DNA of 64,000 nucleotides, taken from the NCBI GenBank assembly GCA_934203105.1, contig CAKPYQ010000001.1, positions 37,270-101,269 of the forward strand. The letters are read 5' to 3'. The translations under genes and the position numbers were made by a program. Positions 47,261-56,558 of this stretch are shown one piece after another. Position 1 is the first letter of the stretch; every line of letters begins with the position of its first letter. Under the pieces are notes generated by a model that saw only the letters and a program-made list of their open reading frames with translations, made no database searches and was not told the origin of the DNA. The DNA is from an uncultured Alphaproteobacteria bacterium (lineage in GTDB: Bacteria > Pseudomonadota > Alphaproteobacteria > CAAHEQ01 > UBA3637).

Positions 47261-47596
47261 ATGAAAAAAATAATTACAGCTTTATTTATGTTGGCTTTGT
47301 CCGGATGTATGGCGAATTCGCAAGATAAACAAGTCAATACCATTTTATCTATGGCTCGCCCCAAATCAATTGGCGTTTTGGAGGGCAAAACCCCCGACCA
47401 AATCCGCGATTTAATGGGAGAGCCGACTTTTGTCCGCAAAGAAGATCCCAACGAATCTTGGGTCTTTAAAGCGCCCGATTGCGCGGTGTTCGTCTTTTTT
47501 AATGAAACCGGTATCGCAACCTTTACCGAAAGCAAAGGATCTTGCGATAAAAAAGTCGCGCGCCGGATTTTGTCCGAACGCGCAAATATGTTGTAA
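47261..47596 (+). CDS. putative lipoprotein (lipobox L-S-G-C), start set at second ATG
   Basis: MKKIITALFMLALSGCMANS is a better signal peptide from the second Met. See the promoter note at 47225..47253. Confidence 0.5.
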   Translation: MKKIITALFMLALSGCMANSQDKQVNTILSMARPKSIGVLEGKTPDQIRDLMGEPTFVRKEDPNESWVFKAPDCAVFVFFNETGIATFTESKGSCDKKVARRILSERANML

Positions 47597-47637
47597 TCAT
47601 AAAACGCTTCTTTTACACGCACAACGCTTATAAAAAA

Positions 47638-48354
47638 CTATGCCGTTTTGACTTTACCAAAGCGCCGATCACGCGTATTATAAGCCTCTATGGCTTCGTC
47701 CAAATCCGCCTCTGAAAACTCCGGCCAATGAACGCGCGGAAAGTAAAATTCGGCATAAGATGCTTGCCACAATAAAAAGCCGCTTAAACGTTGTTCACCG
47801 CTGGTGCGTACAATCAAATCCGGATCGGGCAATCCCGCCGTATCCAAATAAGATGAAACCACATCTTCCGTCACATCGTCCGGATTTAAGCGCCCCGCCA
47901 ATGCATCACGGATCATTTTTTGCGTAGCGCGCTTGATTTCGTCGCGGCCGGAATAGCTTAAACACACCGTCAGGTGATAGCTTTCGCGCCCGCTGCACAA
48001 CCCTTCCAACGTCGCCATACGTTGCTGAATATCGTCCGTAAAGCGGCTGCGATCGCCGATAAAGCGAAACTGCACATCATTTTCGGGTTTAAATTCTTTA
48101 ATCGCTTCGGCCAAGTATTGGCGAAACAAAGTCATCAGCAAATGAACTTCCGGTTGCGGTCTGTTCCAATTTTCGGTCGAAAAAGCATAAAGCGTCATAT
48201 AGTGAATGCCGCGTTTTTTACACGCTTCCAGCACGCGCTTTAAGTTTTTTGCGCCCTCTTTATGGCCGTCGGAACGGGTCAGCCCGCGCTTTTGCGCCCA
48301 ACGCCCGTTGCCGTCCATAATAAAACCGATATGATTTAAGGGCTTATCCGTCAT
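47638..48354 (-). CDS. uppS: ditrans,polycis-undecaprenyl-diphosphate synthase
   Basis: HIGFIMDGNGRWA..RGL.R..GH and the later ...FSTENW.RP..EV and ...IVRTSGE.R.S.FLLWQ motifs. The gene is part of the pyrH-frr-uppS cluster. Confidence 0.9.
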   Translation of the reverse strand: MTDKPLNHIGFIMDGNGRWAQKRGLTRSDGHKEGAKNLKRVLEACKKRGIHYMTLYAFSTENWNRPQPEVHLLMTLFRQYLAEAIKEFKPENDVQFRFIGDRSRFTDDIQQRMATLEGLCSGRESYHLTVCLSYSGRDEIKRATQKMIRDALAGRLNPDDVTEDVVSSYLDTAGLPDPDLIVRTSGEQRLSGFLLWQASYAEFYFPRVHWPEFSEADLDEAIEAYNTRDRRFGKVKTA

Positions 48355-48915
48355 TTAAACCTGCCGAATTTCAGCCTCTTTGGCTTTTAACAATTCGTCC
48401 ATTTCATGAGTTGCAGCGTCCGTTATTTTTTGGACTTCTTCTTCGTAACGCTTTTGGTCGTCTTCGGAAATATCGCCGTCATTTTTCATCTTTTTGACTT
48501 TGTCCAAAATGTCGCGGCGAATGTTGCGAACAGCAACTTTGGACTCTTCGGTATAACGGCCCGCGATTTTACCCAACTCAACGCGGCGTTCTTCCGACAA
48601 AGGCGGCAAAGGAATCCTTAACCCCGCACCGTCATTCATCGGATTCAAACCCAAAGACGATTCCCGAATCGCTTTTTCAACGTGTTTTAACAAATTTTTA
48701 TCCCATACGTTCACGGACAACATACGCGCTTCGGGAACATTGACCGTCGCCACTTGGTTAATCGGCACAATCGACCCGTACGCGTCCACCATAATACTGT
48801 CCAGCAAACCGGCAGAAGCACGACCTGTGCGTAATCCTTGGAATTCTTTTTTCAACGCGTCAATCGTTTTTTGAACGCGCGTTTGCATATCTGATTTTAA
48901 TTCATTAAAGCTCAT
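48355..48915 (-). CDS. frr: ribosome recycling factor
   Basis: 186 aa. The motifs ...L..E....RTGRAS..LLD.I.V..YG and the C-terminal DDQK.YEEEVQK.TD are typical of Frr. Confidence 0.88.
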   Translation of the reverse strand: MSFNELKSDMQTRVQKTIDALKKEFQGLRTGRASAGLLDSIMVDAYGSIVPINQVATVNVPEARMLSVNVWDKNLLKHVEKAIRESSLGLNPMNDGAGLRIPLPPLSEERRVELGKIAGRYTEESKVAVRNIRRDILDKVKKMKNDGDISEDDQKRYEEEVQKITDAATHEMDELLKAKEAEIRQV

Positions 48916-48934
48916 ACTTTTTCCTTTCTTTTTG

Positions 48935-49642
48935 TTACTTTAAAACAGAATAAACGCCTTTGCCGCAAACAATATCGGCCAATTTGTCCGATTGATTAAA
49001 TACAACAACCGGCAAAGCGGCGTCAGAAGCCATTGCTATGGCCGTTAAATCCATAACCCCCAATTTGTTATCCAAAGCGGTTTTGTAATCAACCACATCA
49101 TAACGCTTGGCATTGGGATTTTTATGCGGATCAGAATCGTAAATGCCGTCCACCTGAGTCGATTTAAAACACGCATCACAATGCATTTGAATGGCGCGCA
49201 AAACCGCGCAAGTGTCCGTCGTAAAGAACGGATTGCCCGTCCCACCGGCAAATAAAACAACAAAATGCTGATCCAAATATCGCAAAGCTTGCTTTTGATT
49301 AAAAACTTCACCAATCCCGCCGATCGGCATGGACGTCATCACACGAGCGGGAACGCCGCATTTTTCCAGCACGTCCGCAAAAGCCAACGCATTCATCACG
49401 GTTGCCAACATACCGATATAATCGCCGGTAATGCGATCAACACCTTTTGAAGCGCCTTTTGCCCCGCGCCAAAAATTGCCCCCGCCCAACACCAAAGCAA
49501 TTTGAACGCCCTTATCATAAGCCGCTTTGATTTCATGGGCTAAGCGCGTCATAATTTCACTATCCAACGCACCGTTTACCGATCCCAATCCTTCACCGGA
49601 TAATTTCAGCAAAATACGTTTATAAGCAGTTTGGTTTGTCAT
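48935..49642 (-). CDS. pyrH: UMP kinase
   Basis: YKRILLKLSGE.L, GGGN..RG and VDGIYD.DP motifs. Confidence 0.9.
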   Translation of the reverse strand: MTNQTAYKRILLKLSGEGLGSVNGALDSEIMTRLAHEIKAAYDKGVQIALVLGGGNFWRGAKGASKGVDRITGDYIGMLATVMNALAFADVLEKCGVPARVMTSMPIGGIGEVFNQKQALRYLDQHFVVLFAGGTGNPFFTTDTCAVLRAIQMHCDACFKSTQVDGIYDSDPHKNPNAKRYDVVDYKTALDNKLGVMDLTAIAMASDAALPVVVFNQSDKLADIVCGKGVYSVLK

Positions 49643-49798
49643 AACATTTCCTTGATTTAGGGTTGTTTTGCAGTAATTTTAATCGCTTCTCCCCCATTTT
49701 GTCAATAGAAATATGATTTTTATACGCATAAAAAAAAGCACCACAGGCGAACCTGTGGCACTCTTTTTTTTGGAAAGACTTACAAGCTAACAGAATTA

Positions 49799-50173
49799 CT
49801 AATTTTTCTTCATCGTATCGGGGTAATCACCAGTTGATCCACCGCGATTTCCTACGTCAACAGCACCTGAAGTTGAATCAACAGTTACGTAGTCGATGAT
49901 CAAACCGGCGATCGCAACAATACCCAAACCAACGCACAATGCCGCGAACCATTTCCAGTTCAATTTACCGAAAATTGCAAAGAATGCCAAAACAATCAAA
50001 CCAAAACCGCCAACGATGAAAATCATCTTACGGGAATATTGGAACGCTTCGGAAACTTTAGTAAATGCGATACCCCAAGCAGTTTCAGATGAGCTAGTAG
50101 CAAAAGCATCGCCCGCCCACAACATAACGCCGGCCACCAAGGCCATTGCCATAATAGAGAATAATTTGTTCAT
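49799..50173 (-). CDS. putative TrbC/VirB2-family T4SS pilin-like protein (orphan)
   Basis: 124 aa. A long signal peptide ends in AFA. Two hydrophobic helices (MIFIVGGFGLIVLAFFAIFG and WFAALCVGLGIVAIAGLII) are separated by a short basic loop, which is the VirB2/TrbC topology. The segment GLGIVAIAG resembles VirB2 LGIVAIGI. No other T4SS genes are in the window. Confidence 0.4.
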   Translation of the reverse strand: MNKLFSIMAMALVAGVMLWAGDAFATSSSETAWGIAFTKVSEAFQYSRKMIFIVGGFGLIVLAFFAIFGKLNWKWFAALCVGLGIVAIAGLIIDYVTVDSTSGAVDVGNRGGSTGDYPDTMKKN

Positions 50174-50382
50174 AATAACCTCCTTGTTATAAAGTTGTTT
50201 TTCCCTATACTCTTTTTTTATTATACTAAAAAAATTACTTATTGTCTAGCATTTTTTTATGCACTTGTCCAGCACTTTTTTATGAGAAAATCCATATTAC
50301 TACTTTTGCACGTATAAAATAGGAATTATACAACCATTTTAGGAAAACATTCCAAAACCACATTAAATAATTGAATAAAATC

Positions 50383-50994
50383 CTATCTTAACGCATTAAC
50401 TTTTTCAAATACGGAATCCAGCATTGCCTGCGTCAATCGGCCGGTGTTCATGTTATAACGCGAACAATGATAACTGTCAATCAAACGCACGCCGTTTGGC
50501 AATTCGTGAACCGCTCCGTGAGCAAAAGGATATTTGGATTTGGGTTGATTTAAAACACTTAAAACCGCATCATGCGAAATGCGCCCCAAGCAAAAAAGAA
50601 TGTGCAAGTTTTTCATACTGTCAATTGTTTGTTTTAACCGACCGCTACAATTTTTAATTTCAGCCGGGGTGGGCTTATTTTCGGGCGGAACACACCCCAC
50701 CGCATTGGTAATCAAAACATTTTTTAATTCGAATCCGTCCTTTGGATCGGCTTTGTATTCGCCCTTTGTCCAACCGAATCGCTTCATTGTTTCATAAAGC
50801 GAGACACCGGCATAATCCCCCGTAAACGGACGCCCCGTACGATTAGCGCCTTTCAACCCCGGCGCCAAGCCCACAATCAACATAATCCCCGCCGAGTCGC
50901 CAAAATTTGGCACCGGAGCGTTGAAAAAATCCGGATACTGTTGCTTGTTTTTTTCGATAAAAGCGCATAAGCGCGGACATTTATTGCATACCAT
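50383..50994 (-). CDS. uracil-DNA glycosylase, family 4 (UdgA-type)
   Basis: Cys-rich N-terminal MVCNKCPRLC..., GLAPG..GAN.TGRPFTG and the C-terminal HPS-like region. The size is typical at 203 aa. Confidence 0.7.
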   Translation of the reverse strand: MVCNKCPRLCAFIEKNKQQYPDFFNAPVPNFGDSAGIMLIVGLAPGLKGANRTGRPFTGDYAGVSLYETMKRFGWTKGEYKADPKDGFELKNVLITNAVGCVPPENKPTPAEIKNCSGRLKQTIDSMKNLHILFCLGRISHDAVLSVLNQPKSKYPFAHGAVHELPNGVRLIDSYHCSRYNMNTGRLTQAMLDSVFEKVNALR

Positions 50995-51068
50995 AAAAAA
51001 ATCCTTGTCATTTGGTTTGTTTTTTTGATATGATAAAGCAAATCAGTTGGTTTGACAAGGAGAAATTG

Positions 51069-51434
51069 ATGTCTAAAATTTTAATTGTAGAAGATAATGA
51101 AATGAATATGCGCTTGTTTTCGGACTTGCTGAAATCAAAAGGGTACGACGTACTGCAATGCTTGGACGGCAAAAAAGCGTTGGGAATTGTCAAAGATCAA
51201 CACCCCGATTTGGTGTTGATGGATATTCAAATGCCCGGTATTTCCGGTTTGGAAGTCACGGCTTTGATTCGCAAAACGCCCGAGGTGGCCGACACAAAAA
51301 TCGTTGCTGTGACGGCCTTTGCGATGAAAGGCGACGAACAAAAAATCATCGACGGCGGGTGCAACGGGTATATTGCAAAGCCTATTGCCGTGGCGGATTT
51401 TTTGCAAACCGTCGACAATTTTTTAAAAAATTAA
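51069..51434 (+). CDS. divK: single-domain CheY-like response regulator, DivK orthologue
   Basis: KILIVEDNE.NM.LF.DLL...GY..LQ...G..AL.I......DLILMDIQ.P.ISGLEVT......PEVA...VVAVTAFAMKGDE..I..GGC..YI.KPI.V..FL.T. This is near-collinear with the Caulobacter DivK I recall. The RBS aaggag lies 9 nt upstream. Confidence 0.8.
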   Translation: MSKILIVEDNEMNMRLFSDLLKSKGYDVLQCLDGKKALGIVKDQHPDLVLMDIQMPGISGLEVTALIRKTPEVADTKIVAVTAFAMKGDEQKIIDGGCNGYIAKPIAVADFLQTVDNFLKN

Positions 51435-51466
51435 ACGCAGCGGATTTTTATTTAAGCAAACAACAT

Positions 51467-51607
51467 TAGCACCGCCGCTATTACCGGCGGTGCTCAGCAT
51501 TTGCGGCGGCGCTATTACCGGCAGCGTTCAACACTAGCAGCGGGGCTCAACAATCCGGGCGGCGTTTAGCATTACCGGTGGTGCTCAACACTAGTGGCGG
51601 CGTTTTG
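51467..51607. repeat. 4-5 degenerate tandem copies of an about 33-bp GC-rich unit containing a 9-bp hairpin (gcaccgccg ctattac cggcggtgc) between divK and ppiD
   Basis: The unit attaccggYRGYGYTCARCAYTAGYRGCGGSG recurs at 51480, 51514 and 51571, with partial copies at 51534 and 51591. Confidence 0.6.
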
Positions 51608-51671
51608 TAAAATGCACCGATGCTTTTTTTAAGGATAGCGCCCCTCATAAGGAGAACGCCCATATAACACA

Positions 51672-51714
51672 AAAAAGCGCACCGCTGTTTTATCAGGCCG
51701 GCGCGCTTTCTTTG
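51672..51714 (-). terminator. rho-independent terminator downstream of ppiD (minus strand)
   Basis: aaagcgcgccgg ... cggtgcgctttttt on the minus strand: a GC stem followed by a T-run. Confidence 0.5.
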
Positions 51715-51733
51715 CATCACGACAAGTTATTTA

Positions 51734-53629
51734 TTATTTGTCCGCATTGTCGCCCTTCATATATGGCGCAAACGTTTCTTCAATGACGGCTTGATTTACT
51801 TGAACCTTTTCCTTATCCGCATAAAAAGCCATCATCTCGTCCACCACAGAAGCAACCATTTGACGTTGTAAAGCCAAATTTAAAGTTGCTTTGGATACAG
51901 CGTCCGTTGCGTCCGCCGGCGTAATCTTTTTAATTTGTGCGACAACATAATTGCCGTCCGCCAACGGGATCAATTCAATATCGCCTTGCTTCGCATTAAA
52001 CAATCGCCCCACAACGTCCGCCGGCAAATCCGTTACATCAGCCCGTTTCACACCGTCCAAAGTTTTTTCATCCAAGTGATAGAACAACGCCACCGTCTTT
52101 AAGGCTTTGTCTTTTTGCGCCGCATTTAGCACAGTATCCGCAAAAGCCGGAGCTTGTTTCTTTTGCTCGTCTTTTAACCATTCAGCCTTTAATTCTTTTT
52201 GAACGGCGTCAAAGGGTTTTAAATAAACCGGCTCGATTTCTTGGACTTCGGCCACAATGAAACCGTTTTGATAATCCAACAAAGACGTTGCGTCGCCTGC
52301 TTTGGACAAGAAAACTTCCTGCACCAAATCGGTCGGCAAGGAAGCCGATTTCCCGTCTTTATCCATACCGCCGGCATCAATGGGAACAGCCTTTTCAGTC
52401 GTCATACCGATACGCGCGGCCGCGTCACTTAAAGCCAAACCTTCACCCAAAGTTTCATCCAATTGCTTGGATTTTGCATACAAAATATCATACGCTTTTT
52501 CGGCCTGAACTGCTTTTTTCAAATCGTCCTTGACCGCAGCAAAAGGCGTTTTTTCGGCCGCTTGCACATCGCGGACAATCAAAATGTGATAGCCGAACAT
52601 CGATTGAACCGGCTTTAAAACTTGATTGACCGGCGCACTAAAGACGGCATCGCCCACTTCCTCAACAACGCCATTTTTTTCCAACCAACCCAAATCGACC
52701 GTCTCCTGACCGGCTTTGTCTTTCGCAATTTGGGCAAAGTTTTTATCCGTCAATAACGCAAACAATTCATTTGCTTTTTCTTCGCTGTCAACCAAAATTT
52801 GCTCAACGCGACGGCGTTCCGGCTTTGAATACAAAGCTTGTTTTTCTTCATACATTTGCTTTAAAAAAGCATCATCAACCTGAATGTCGGCGGCCACTTT
52901 ATCCGGCGTCAACTTCAACACCGAAACCGTCCGATATTCCGGCGCATAAAGTTGATCTTCCATACTTTCATAGTACGCTTGCAACGTATCTTTGTCCGGT
53001 GTCGAGTTTACCTTGACAGCTGTGGAGGGCACCAAAATCACATCAATGTCGCGCGCCTCATTCACATAGCCATACATTTTATCGCTCAACACTTCCGGAA
53101 CAGCAATAACCGCTTCGATTGCGTCCGTTAAATGCTTGCGGGATAGTTCTTCTTGCAAAGCCGATGTGAACATTTGTTCGCTCATTTGCATTTGTTGCAA
53201 ATAGGCCATTAACAAAGCACGATCAAAAGTTCCCGTGATCGTTTGAAAGTTTTGATTATTGACGATGTAATTACCAACGGCGGCATCAGAGGCAATCAAG
53301 CCCATATCATCAGCAATTTGTTGATATAGCAAGCTGTTAATATCATTTTGGATCACTTTATCCAAAACGCCCATTTTGACCGCATCACCAATGCTTATAT
53401 AGGTGCGATTTCCCGTCATTGCGGCAATTTTCTTTGTTTCCGTATCAACGCTGCGGAGCAACTCTTGCCCCTTTACGGTCGCATTGCCGACACGAATAGC
53501 GGTTTGCTCTTTGCCCCACATACTGGTCATAGAACCCAAACCGAACAACCCCATCATACTGACCGTAATCAAAGCCAGTAAAGCTTTTACGAACCAAGAT
53601 TCGCTGATATTTCGAAAGAAAGTAATCAT
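51734..53629 (-). CDS. ppiD: periplasmic chaperone / peptidyl-prolyl cis-trans isomerase D (PpiD/SurA-like, N-terminal TM anchor)
   Basis: 631 aa. The N-terminus SWFVKALLALITVSMMGLFGL is the PpiD anchor pattern. The parvulin-like segment is FGYHILIVRD. Size and architecture are typical of alphaproteobacterial PpiD. Confidence 0.65.
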   Translation of the reverse strand: MITFFRNISESWFVKALLALITVSMMGLFGLGSMTSMWGKEQTAIRVGNATVKGQELLRSVDTETKKIAAMTGNRTYISIGDAVKMGVLDKVIQNDINSLLYQQIADDMGLIASDAAVGNYIVNNQNFQTITGTFDRALLMAYLQQMQMSEQMFTSALQEELSRKHLTDAIEAVIAVPEVLSDKMYGYVNEARDIDVILVPSTAVKVNSTPDKDTLQAYYESMEDQLYAPEYRTVSVLKLTPDKVAADIQVDDAFLKQMYEEKQALYSKPERRRVEQILVDSEEKANELFALLTDKNFAQIAKDKAGQETVDLGWLEKNGVVEEVGDAVFSAPVNQVLKPVQSMFGYHILIVRDVQAAEKTPFAAVKDDLKKAVQAEKAYDILYAKSKQLDETLGEGLALSDAAARIGMTTEKAVPIDAGGMDKDGKSASLPTDLVQEVFLSKAGDATSLLDYQNGFIVAEVQEIEPVYLKPFDAVQKELKAEWLKDEQKKQAPAFADTVLNAAQKDKALKTVALFYHLDEKTLDGVKRADVTDLPADVVGRLFNAKQGDIELIPLADGNYVVAQIKKITPADATDAVSKATLNLALQRQMVASVVDEMMAFYADKEKVQVNQAVIEETFAPYMKGDNADK

Positions 53630-53719
53630 ATTTCACACCTTCAAGTTAATTGATACCCAATGAATAAAAGACAGCATACGCGATTTTTTTTATTTTTTCA
53701 ACCGAAAAATACACGCTTT

Positions 53720-54148
53720 TTACAGTTTCTTTTTCAAAACCAGCGCATCCGACTTTTCCGCCCCCGAAACATAGTAATTCGGACGACAACCGACTTGGAC
53801 AAATCCCGCCTTTTCATACAAAGCTCGCGCCGGCGTATTTTTCACATCAACGTCCAAAAATAAATCCTGCACACCCAAGCGTTTTAAATAAGCCATCGTA
53901 TGCGCAAGCAAAGCCGTACCGAGCCCTTTTTGTCGTGCGTTCGGCAACACACCCAAAGTCAAAATTTCGGCTTCCGTTCCGCAAACCGAACACAAAATAA
54001 AGCAATCCGAATTGATAAAGCCGCGCGTCGTCGGCAACATCAGCAAAGATAAAAATGTGCTTTTATCCCACGCCTTATCGAAGCAAGCCGTATGCATTGC
54101 GGCAAAAGCGTCTGCATACATAATACCGGCTTCATCAAAGTGTGACAT
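53720..54148 (-). CDS. rimI: ribosomal-protein-alanine N-acetyltransferase (GNAT), RimI
   Basis: GNAT motif A (QKGLGTALL) and a conserved C-terminal ..ARALYEK.GF. The gene overlaps tsaB as in the classic tsaB-rimI pair. Confidence 0.7.
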   Translation of the reverse strand: MSHFDEAGIMYADAFAAMHTACFDKAWDKSTFLSLLMLPTTRGFINSDCFILCSVCGTEAEILTLGVLPNARQKGLGTALLAHTMAYLKRLGVQDLFLDVDVKNTPARALYEKAGFVQVGCRPNYYVSGAEKSDALVLKKKL

Positions 54149-54743
54149 CTGCGTCCCTCATGTAAAACGGTTCCGGCGGCAACGGCTTATTCAAACGCGA
54201 CAAAGCAATTCGCCCCGCTGCCAATGCAATCGGGGAAAGTTTAAATATTGTTTTACAGCCGATCTCATCGGATAAAGTTTCCGCCCCTGTCCCGATGGCT
54301 TCAAACGGCATTTCGGTTTTTAATTGAGCGGATGATTTAATCGCCGGTAAATTTAACGGCTTATCTTCTCCGTCAAAGCTTTGTACAAAGTAATCATCAC
54401 GCTTTGAATCCAAAACAACCGTGCACGGACGCCCCAAATGATAAGCCCATGCTTCAAAACACGTCACGCCGTAAACCGGAATATGCAAAGCCAATCCGAA
54501 CGCACGCGCCGCCGCAAGTCCGATCCGAACACCGGTAAAGGATCCGGGTCCAACCGTCACAGCAATACCTTGTACATCTTGCATTGTTTTATGTGCCTGC
54601 TGCATTACATTTTGTATCATTGGCATCAAAGCTTCCGCCTGACCACGTTCCATTTCTTCTTCCGCAATCGCCAATACTCTGCTTTCATCAAGCAACGCTA
54701 TTGAAACAAAATTCGCCGATGTATCCAACGCTAATATTAACAT
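54135..54743 (-). CDS. tsaB: tRNA threonylcarbamoyladenosine biosynthesis protein TsaB (YeaZ)
   Basis: MLILALDTSANFVSIALL is the TsaB/YeaZ N-terminal ASKHA fold. The start is set at this Met rather than the upstream ATG at 54821. Confidence 0.75.
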   Translation of the reverse strand: MLILALDTSANFVSIALLDESRVLAIAEEEMERGQAEALMPMIQNVMQQAHKTMQDVQGIAVTVGPGSFTGVRIGLAAARAFGLALHIPVYGVTCFEAWAYHLGRPCTVVLDSKRDDYFVQSFDGEDKPLNLPAIKSSAQLKTEMPFEAIGTGAETLSDEIGCKTIFKLSPIALAAGRIALSRLNKPLPPEPFYMRDADVTL

Positions 54744-54807
54744 TTTAACCTCTTTTCTTTTTATTGACTTTATACCACAATTAAAGCGTTTTGAAAAGAA
54801 GAAAATA

Positions 54808-55734
54808 TTAAAGGTTTGCAAAAATACTTAAAAAAAACAAACTGATAATCATCACCAATCCTGCTCTGGGCGATGTATAGTCTTTGTGATTGATGACGTG
54901 ATCATACAGCATAATCCACAACGGCGCCGTCAACGAAAGCGCATTGACATAGCCCGTGTTGGGGGTATAATCCAACGCAATCCCTTTGCTGATGATCAGC
55001 AAAACACTGAACAAAACAATCAACAAGCCAATATACATCACTTTTTGATTAAAGATTTCCTGAACGGCTCTTTTCATTGTCGGACGCTCGGTTTTAATGT
55101 AAAAATACAGATTGTAAAATCCGCTGACCAACGTCACATAAAATAAGTAATACACAATGCCTTCAAACAACAAATGGCGTTGCATAATCATTTGCGTCAA
55201 AGAGCTCATCAAAGACCACACGACCACGACCGGTAACATATAGCGCAACAATTCGCGCGTCAAAGGCGTTTTCAACATTTGAACATAAGAAGCAATTGCA
55301 CAGGCAACCGATACCAAAATAGCCAGCAAAATAAATTGCCTGTGCCATAAAGACAAAAAAACTTCGGGGTGCATCGTCCACCACAAAACCATAGACAATA
55401 AAATCGACAGCACCAAGACCCGTGATGTACCGGCGGCCCCGAAACGCGCGGAAGCAAAAAAGATGCGAGAATCATAAAAACCCGTCATCATACCTTGTAC
55501 AATCAACATAAAAACAAAAACAATGTCCCATTCAAACGGTGTAATCAGCACCAACGGAAAACAGGCAAAGGCGACACCAAAGCCACGCCAAAGCCCCAAA
55601 ACATAACCATTGACTTTATTGTTTTGGTTAATGTAGGTGTAAAAGCTCATAAACAGTCCGTAAAACAGACCCGTAATGACCCATAACATAAACGGCACCC
55701 CTTTCCTATCCAAAGGAAAAGATAGGCCGCGCAT
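54808..55734 (-). CDS. hypothetical polytopic membrane protein (about 9 TM)
   Basis: Hydrophobicity only. No motif recognised. Confidence 0.4.
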   Translation of the reverse strand: MRGLSFPLDRKGVPFMLWVITGLFYGLFMSFYTYINQNNKVNGYVLGLWRGFGVAFACFPLVLITPFEWDIVFVFMLIVQGMMTGFYDSRIFFASARFGAAGTSRVLVLSILLSMVLWWTMHPEVFLSLWHRQFILLAILVSVACAIASYVQMLKTPLTRELLRYMLPVVVVWSLMSSLTQMIMQRHLLFEGIVYYLFYVTLVSGFYNLYFYIKTERPTMKRAVQEIFNQKVMYIGLLIVLFSVLLIISKGIALDYTPNTGYVNALSLTAPLWIMLYDHVINHKDYTSPRAGLVMIISLFFLSIFANL

Positions 55735-56444
55735 TAAAACTTATCAAGCAGGTAAGCGGCGCACGCGATCAAAACGATATGCAACGGGTAGTAAACATAA
55801 AATATCCACCAACGGCGCAACAACCTTGGCTCTGATACGGGATAAACAAACAACAACAATCCGATCGTCGTTATAAGTGACACCACGCCGCCCCAAGATT
55901 CGTTGATCATTGCGGAAAATATCAAACAAAAGACAATCCAATCGGGCGTTTGACGGCGAAAATAAAAGTAAAAGCAAAGAATAAAACAAAATCCCGCAAA
56001 GCCGTAATCCGATAAAACCGACGTTCCGCCGGCAATAGCAATGACACCCCACAATAAAACGTACTTGATAAAGGTATTCAGCGGACTGTTTTCAATCATA
56101 TAAATCAGGTAAAGCGCCGCCACGGCGATCCAAAAGCTGATCAAAATATTAAACGGAAAAGCCAATGAAACGCCAAACAATCCGTGTATCGGCGCAAAGA
56201 TGAAAAATGAAAGCACGCCGAAATACCCCAATCGCATCAGATACTTTTTATATCCGGACAAATCCATTTGCGCCAAATGCAACATCATCAAATAAGCAAA
56301 TATCGGAAAAGCCGTCCGCCCGATTAAATACATCGCCGCATTAACTGCTTGCGGAACATCGATAAAGTGCCTTAAATGGTCGCAAGTCATCGTCACCAAA
56401 GCGATTATTTTTAAAATATCTTGATTGATTGCAAGCCGTTTCAT
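55734..56444 (-). CDS. TraX-family membrane protein (F-pilin N-acetylase-like family)
   Basis: The N-terminal LKIIALVTMTCDHLRHF matches the TraX family signature (LK.IA...M..DH). A polytopic membrane profile follows. Confidence 0.5.
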   Translation of the reverse strand: MKRLAINQDILKIIALVTMTCDHLRHFIDVPQAVNAAMYLIGRTAFPIFAYLMMLHLAQMDLSGYKKYLMRLGYFGVLSFFIFAPIHGLFGVSLAFPFNILISFWIAVAALYLIYMIENSPLNTFIKYVLLWGVIAIAGGTSVLSDYGFAGFCFILCFYFYFRRQTPDWIVFCLIFSAMINESWGGVVSLITTIGLLLFVYPVSEPRLLRRWWIFYVYYPLHIVLIACAAYLLDKF

Positions 56445-56558
56445 CTTTTGTCCTTAATTTTTTTAGCTTTACTTTAAAATAAATCTGTAAAAAAGTATAG
56501 CTTTTTTATTTTTTTTGTTTTATTTTTAAAATAGGGACAATAAAAAAAGGTGGATAGA

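Noticed and set aside
51467-51607. GC-rich tandem repeats considered as a mini CRISPR array
   Set aside because: Units differ from each other at many positions and the spacing is irregular (24-58 bp). No cas genes are adjacent. The region is better described as degenerate tandem hairpin repeats.
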